Shown piece by piece: positions 28,646 to 32,000 of a stretch of DNA of 32,000 nt; position 1 is the first letter of the stretch; each line of letters begins with the position of its first letter. The translations under genes and the position numbers were made by a program. Source of the stretch: Nitrosospira multiformis ATCC 25196 (GTDB lineage: Bacteria > Pseudomonadota > Gammaproteobacteria > Burkholderiales > Nitrosomonadaceae); assembly GCF_000196355.1 (NCBI RefSeq), contig NC_007614.1, positions 1,530,001 through 1,562,000 on the forward strand, given 5' to 3'. The notes beneath the pieces are model-generated. The model saw nothing but the letters and a program-made list of their open reading frames with translations. It did no database searches and was not told the DNA's origin.

Positions 28646-29047
28646 TTACAGGTGGCTAAAGAATGCCGGTGGACTTGACCACTTATCGTGCAACCCATCA
28701 ACGTAAGTGACGGGGATTTTCGAAAGCATCTCATCAGTAACATTCGTGAGGCAGCCCAGGTTGACGCCATACATCTTGCCGATAGGTGTTTCATTTCCCA
28801 CACCGAAGCAGCGAACACCGCAGTGCTTGCAGAAATAGTGATAGGTTTTCCGGGTGTTGAAAGCATACTGTGTCAGTTCAGACTCACCCGTCAGTAAACG
28901 AAAGTTTTCCGGCTTGGCTATGGCCGGCCAGAAGCGGGTACGCCGGCATATGGAGCAGTTGCATCGAAATGAGCCCTGAGTAAGGTCCAGATCGGCCTCG
29001 AATGTTACAGCTCCACAATGACAGCTGCCCCGATACGTCTCCAGCAT
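28646..29047 (-). CDS. GFA family (glutathione-dependent formaldehyde-activating-like) protein
   Basis: Zn-ligand pattern CHCGAVTF...CNCSICRRTRFWP...YHYFCKHCGVRCFG. Confidence 0.9.
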   Translation of the reverse strand: MLETYRGSCHCGAVTFEADLDLTQGSFRCNCSICRRTRFWPAIAKPENFRLLTGESELTQYAFNTRKTYHYFCKHCGVRCFGVGNETPIGKMYGVNLGCLTNVTDEMLSKIPVTYVDGLHDKWSSPPAFFSHL

Positions 29048-29120
29048 CAGAAATTCTCCATAGTGCTGCTTTATTTCCTGTCTTCCTGACCGCCCGTATT
29101 CACCGGCCTTCCAGAGTGCG

Positions 29121-32000
29121 CTAACCCCACTGCGGAATTTTAGGACGATCCGGTTCCGGCGTTACAGGATCAGTGGCACGCAGGCCAGGGGGCACATTGC
29201 TTTCGGCAATGCGCTCCCAGAAACTGTCCAGTCCGTTTCCTTCGAACACGCGGGTCGCCTGGAAGAATCCAAACGCAGCGTTGCTCAACATGTGCCCGGA
29301 TTCATGCTCGAACGTAGCCGGAATAATCTCTCCTCCCACATAGCGCGCAGTATTCACGAAGCTGAAACCGCCGAAATTGAAAGCCCTGCCATCCAGTTGA
29401 CCCACCCATCCGCCCACCGTGAAAATGTTGCCTGTTTTCCAGTCAACCTGCATGTCACGGATTCGCAGCTTGTCCACCTGCCCGAAGGTGACGAGATAAC
29501 CGACGACATTCAGGGCGAACAAGACGAGGCCGATGGCATGGCCCGGCCAGCTCATGGGCATGAGGTAGCTGGTCCAGCCAAGTATGCCCTGGTAGACATC
29601 GCTCTTCGCTACCGGTGGGATCACCGCCAGGAAGGTGATGATACCCAGTGCCGCACCGATGATCGGACCGAAGATCATGCCGCCGATCATTGCGTTGGCG
29701 CCCGCTGTAAAACCGATCAACGCACCGCGCAGTGCACCTTCCCAGCTTCCATAGGCGATGCCCCCTACGACAGCCCCGATGGCCGCCCCTGCGAGTCCTG
29801 CTACCGCCGCGTAAGCCAGGAGGGTGCCAAAGCCGATTGCGGTGCCTACTCCGAAAGTCAGCACGGAAACGGCAACCACGGCCACCACGACGGCAATGGC
29901 GATGACAATGGCGCCCAGCACGTCCCAGAAGCCCAATCCGCTCGGATCGACGTAGCGAACCGGATTGTTGCCCGCGTACGCGTATGGGTTCAAGCGCTTT
30001 GGCTCCTGCAAGCCCTGTTCCGGCTGATAAAGATAGAGCGGATCGGGCGAAATGAAGCGTCCCATTACCGGCGAGTACCAGCGCGCATTGAAGTAGTACA
30101 GTCCTATGTCCGCATCGAGTTTTTTGGTTGCGAAAGCCGGCGGAAGTGCGCCGGAGGGAGCCACGAGCACGCTCCCGAATGGATGAAAAGCGGTTTCCGT
30201 CAGAAGATTGCCACCCGCATCGGTATAAATGACCGCACTGCCCAAGTGATCGTTATGTATGAAAACCATCATTCCATCTGCAACACAGGCGACCGGGAGG
30301 TCGCCTGCGAGTATCCAGCGCTGCGTGGTGCCATCCTTCGACTCGAACAGGTTATCCACGTAATGCGTCGTTTCGGTCAAGCCCCCCGCGGTTGCTTCGC
30401 GCCTGCTCAGCACGCCCTTGTGGTCATAGAAGAAAACCACGTCCGTTCCCCCCGCAACCTGCACCCGCGAGAGTTGCTGCTTGGCATCGAAGGTCAGGGT
30501 GCGTCCGGGCATGGAAATGACGTTGCCGTTCGCATCGTACCCGAACAGGGTAACGGCATTGATGCCATCATTGTGGCCGCTCAGGCGGTTACTGTTGCCG
30601 CCATTCTCGTAGAAGAGCGGATTGGAACTGATCAGGGGATTGCGAAGGAAGTTCGCTGCCTGGTCATATTCATAGACGTGCGAATAACCGGCGCCCGGAT
30701 CCGGACTGGAAGCCTCCAGAAGATTGTTGAATGCATCATACCCGAAGCTTTGCGTCCGCACGAATCCGGCTGCTGCAGCCCGCAAATCCTCGATCGCGGC
30801 TACATTCCCCGCCTTGTCGATGTCATACCGGGTATGAAAATAGACCGCGCCCGTCTCCAGCCGATGAGTGCGAAGCTCCCGCAGCCTCAGGGAAACGGGG
30901 TCGTAGTCGTATTCCGTCCGCACACCATTCTCATACTGGAGTGCGGTTCGCACCCCTGCGGCCGTATATTCGATAGTATCGACTACACCGGGAATGCGCC
31001 GCAGCAGGAATCCAGAATAGTATTCGAAATCGACAACGGCTCCGTCGGGATAGCTCAAGCGAGTCATACGGCCGATCCTGTCGAATGTGTAATTCAACGC
31101 AAGAGCGTCGGTCTCACCGGGCGCCAGCCTGGAACGCAGAATGACATTGCCGCGCTCATCGTAGCTGTAAGTGGTTTCACCGGCGGGAGCAACGGTTCGC
31201 GCCAACCGGCCTGTCAGATTTGCGCCGCTCCCTGCATCGTAGAAATACTGCTCCGGCTCCCCTCCTCCATACGCGGTGGCAGTGATGCGGTTCAATTCAT
31301 CGTAAGTCCGGTTGATCGACTCGTCTGCGGCATCCACCTGAAGCGCGAGATTTCCGGAGGCATCACAGGCCAGCAGGCGGTTGCCCGCGTCCACATGTTC
31401 GATCCTGATCTCCTGCCCGGTGAGATCGCGGGTGATACGGCTGAGGATAATGCCACGGGGATCGGTGATCTGCCGCAAGCGTCCTGCACCATCGAGCTCA
31501 TAGCGGGTCGTGCGGATCGTACTTTGGTCGCGCTCTTCCACTCCGATCAAGCGGTACCAGGAATCGTAGAGCTCGCGCCGGGGCGTTCCAAACGAAACTT
31601 CCGCCCCGGGATCGTTATCTCCGCCATCGGAGAAAAGCGTATCGAATGGCCGGTATTCCGCGCTCGATTCACCCCCGTCGGGGTGCACTGTACGGATTGC
31701 CCGACCGAGTGCATCGAAGAAAAAGTGCCGTCGCGGTGCGGAAGGGTCAGCGGGATATGGCTCAAACTCCAACCCTTCGGCATAGAACGACTCTAGTTTT
31801 TCCGCCATTTTCCCCCGTACATTGGTCACAGCCTGCCCGCTCACCGAAACCCTGGCGCCGTCATGCTCTGTGCGGCGCTGATATAACGCGCCGCCTCCAT
31901 CGAGATACTCATTGATCGCGATGGTGCGGGAATCTCCGGAAATCACGCGATAACGCGTGTTGCGCAGTGCCGGCAGTGCTGAAGTTTCGTACGAATAGGT
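29121..32000 (-). CDS. RHS/YD-repeat protein with RHS core domain and variable C-terminus containing HESGH; 5' end outside window
   Basis: Frame is open through base 32000 (TYSYETSALPALRNTRYRVISGD... precedes the tracked start). YD-like repeats, ADIGLYYFNARWYSPVMGRFISPDPLYLYQPEQ...LNPYAYAGNNPVRYVDPSG core, then a hydrophobic segment and ATFEHESGHMLSNAAFG. Confidence 0.95.
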   Translation of the reverse strand, partial: TYSYETSALPALRNTRYRVISGDSRTIAINEYLDGGGALYQRRTEHDGARVSVSGQAVTNVRGKMAEKLESFYAEGLEFEPYPADPSAPRRHFFFDALGRAIRTVHPDGGESSAEYRPFDTLFSDGGDNDPGAEVSFGTPRRELYDSWYRLIGVEERDQSTIRTTRYELDGAGRLRQITDPRGIILSRITRDLTGQEIRIEHVDAGNRLLACDASGNLALQVDAADESINRTYDELNRITATAYGGGEPEQYFYDAGSGANLTGRLARTVAPAGETTYSYDERGNVILRSRLAPGETDALALNYTFDRIGRMTRLSYPDGAVVDFEYYSGFLLRRIPGVVDTIEYTAAGVRTALQYENGVRTEYDYDPVSLRLRELRTHRLETGAVYFHTRYDIDKAGNVAAIEDLRAAAAGFVRTQSFGYDAFNNLLEASSPDPGAGYSHVYEYDQAANFLRNPLISSNPLFYENGGNSNRLSGHNDGINAVTLFGYDANGNVISMPGRTLTFDAKQQLSRVQVAGGTDVVFFYDHKGVLSRREATAGGLTETTHYVDNLFESKDGTTQRWILAGDLPVACVADGMMVFIHNDHLGSAVIYTDAGGNLLTETAFHPFGSVLVAPSGALPPAFATKKLDADIGLYYFNARWYSPVMGRFISPDPLYLYQPEQGLQEPKRLNPYAYAGNNPVRYVDPSGLGFWDVLGAIVIAIAVVVAVVAVSVLTFGVGTAIGFGTLLAYAAVAGLAGAAIGAVVGGIAYGSWEGALRGALIGFTAGANAMIGGMIFGPIIGAALGIITFLAVIPPVAKSDVYQGILGWTSYLMPMSWPGHAIGLVLFALNVVGYLVTFGQVDKLRIRDMQVDWKTGNIFTVGGWVGQLDGRAFNFGGFSFVNTARYVGGEIIPATFEHESGHMLSNAAFGFFQATRVFEGNGLDSFWERIAESNVPPGLRATDPVTPEPDRPKIPQWG

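Noticed and set aside
29292-31796. 834-aa plus-strand ORF antisense to the RHS gene
   Set aside because: It lies wholly opposite a confidently identified RHS coding region. The translation is His/Arg/Pro-rich, as expected from the complementary strand of a high-GC gene, and has no recognised domain.

Overview
The window is chromosomal, high-GC and betaproteobacterial. Gene order and the PEP-CTERM-like protein resemble Nitrosomonadaceae such as Nitrosospira, but that assignment is inference. The first 14.9 kb is a flagellar type III export/basal-body locus: fliD 3' end, fliS, fliT-like, a FliK-like protein, a small FlhB-C-like protein, fliE on the opposite strand, then fliF-G-H-I-J-K-L-M-N-O-P-Q-R. 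Next come a PEP-CTERM-like exported protein, a six-cysteine secreted protein, a class I aminotransferase (aspC-like), uvrB, two small exported proteins, a lytic transglycosylase domain protein, a GT2 glycosyltransferase and a DUF1579-like protein. These are followed by a flavin monooxygenase/BVMO interrupted by one in-frame TGA, a DJ-1/PfpI protein, a quinone oxidoreductase, a GFA protein, and an RHS-repeat protein running off the right edge. The RHS variable C-terminus has a hydrophobic Ala/Gly-rich segment and an HESGH zincin-like motif. I do not see a clearly novel multi-gene system. Best follow-ups are the RHS C-terminal domain, the apparent non-canonical CTG start with a perfect 12-bp hairpin in the first FliK-like gene, the interrupted monooxygenase, a 12-bp palindrome upstream of fliF, and an unexplained inverted-repeat spacer at 16.4-16.65 kb. 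No CRISPR array, tRNA, rRNA or intact transposase was recognised.
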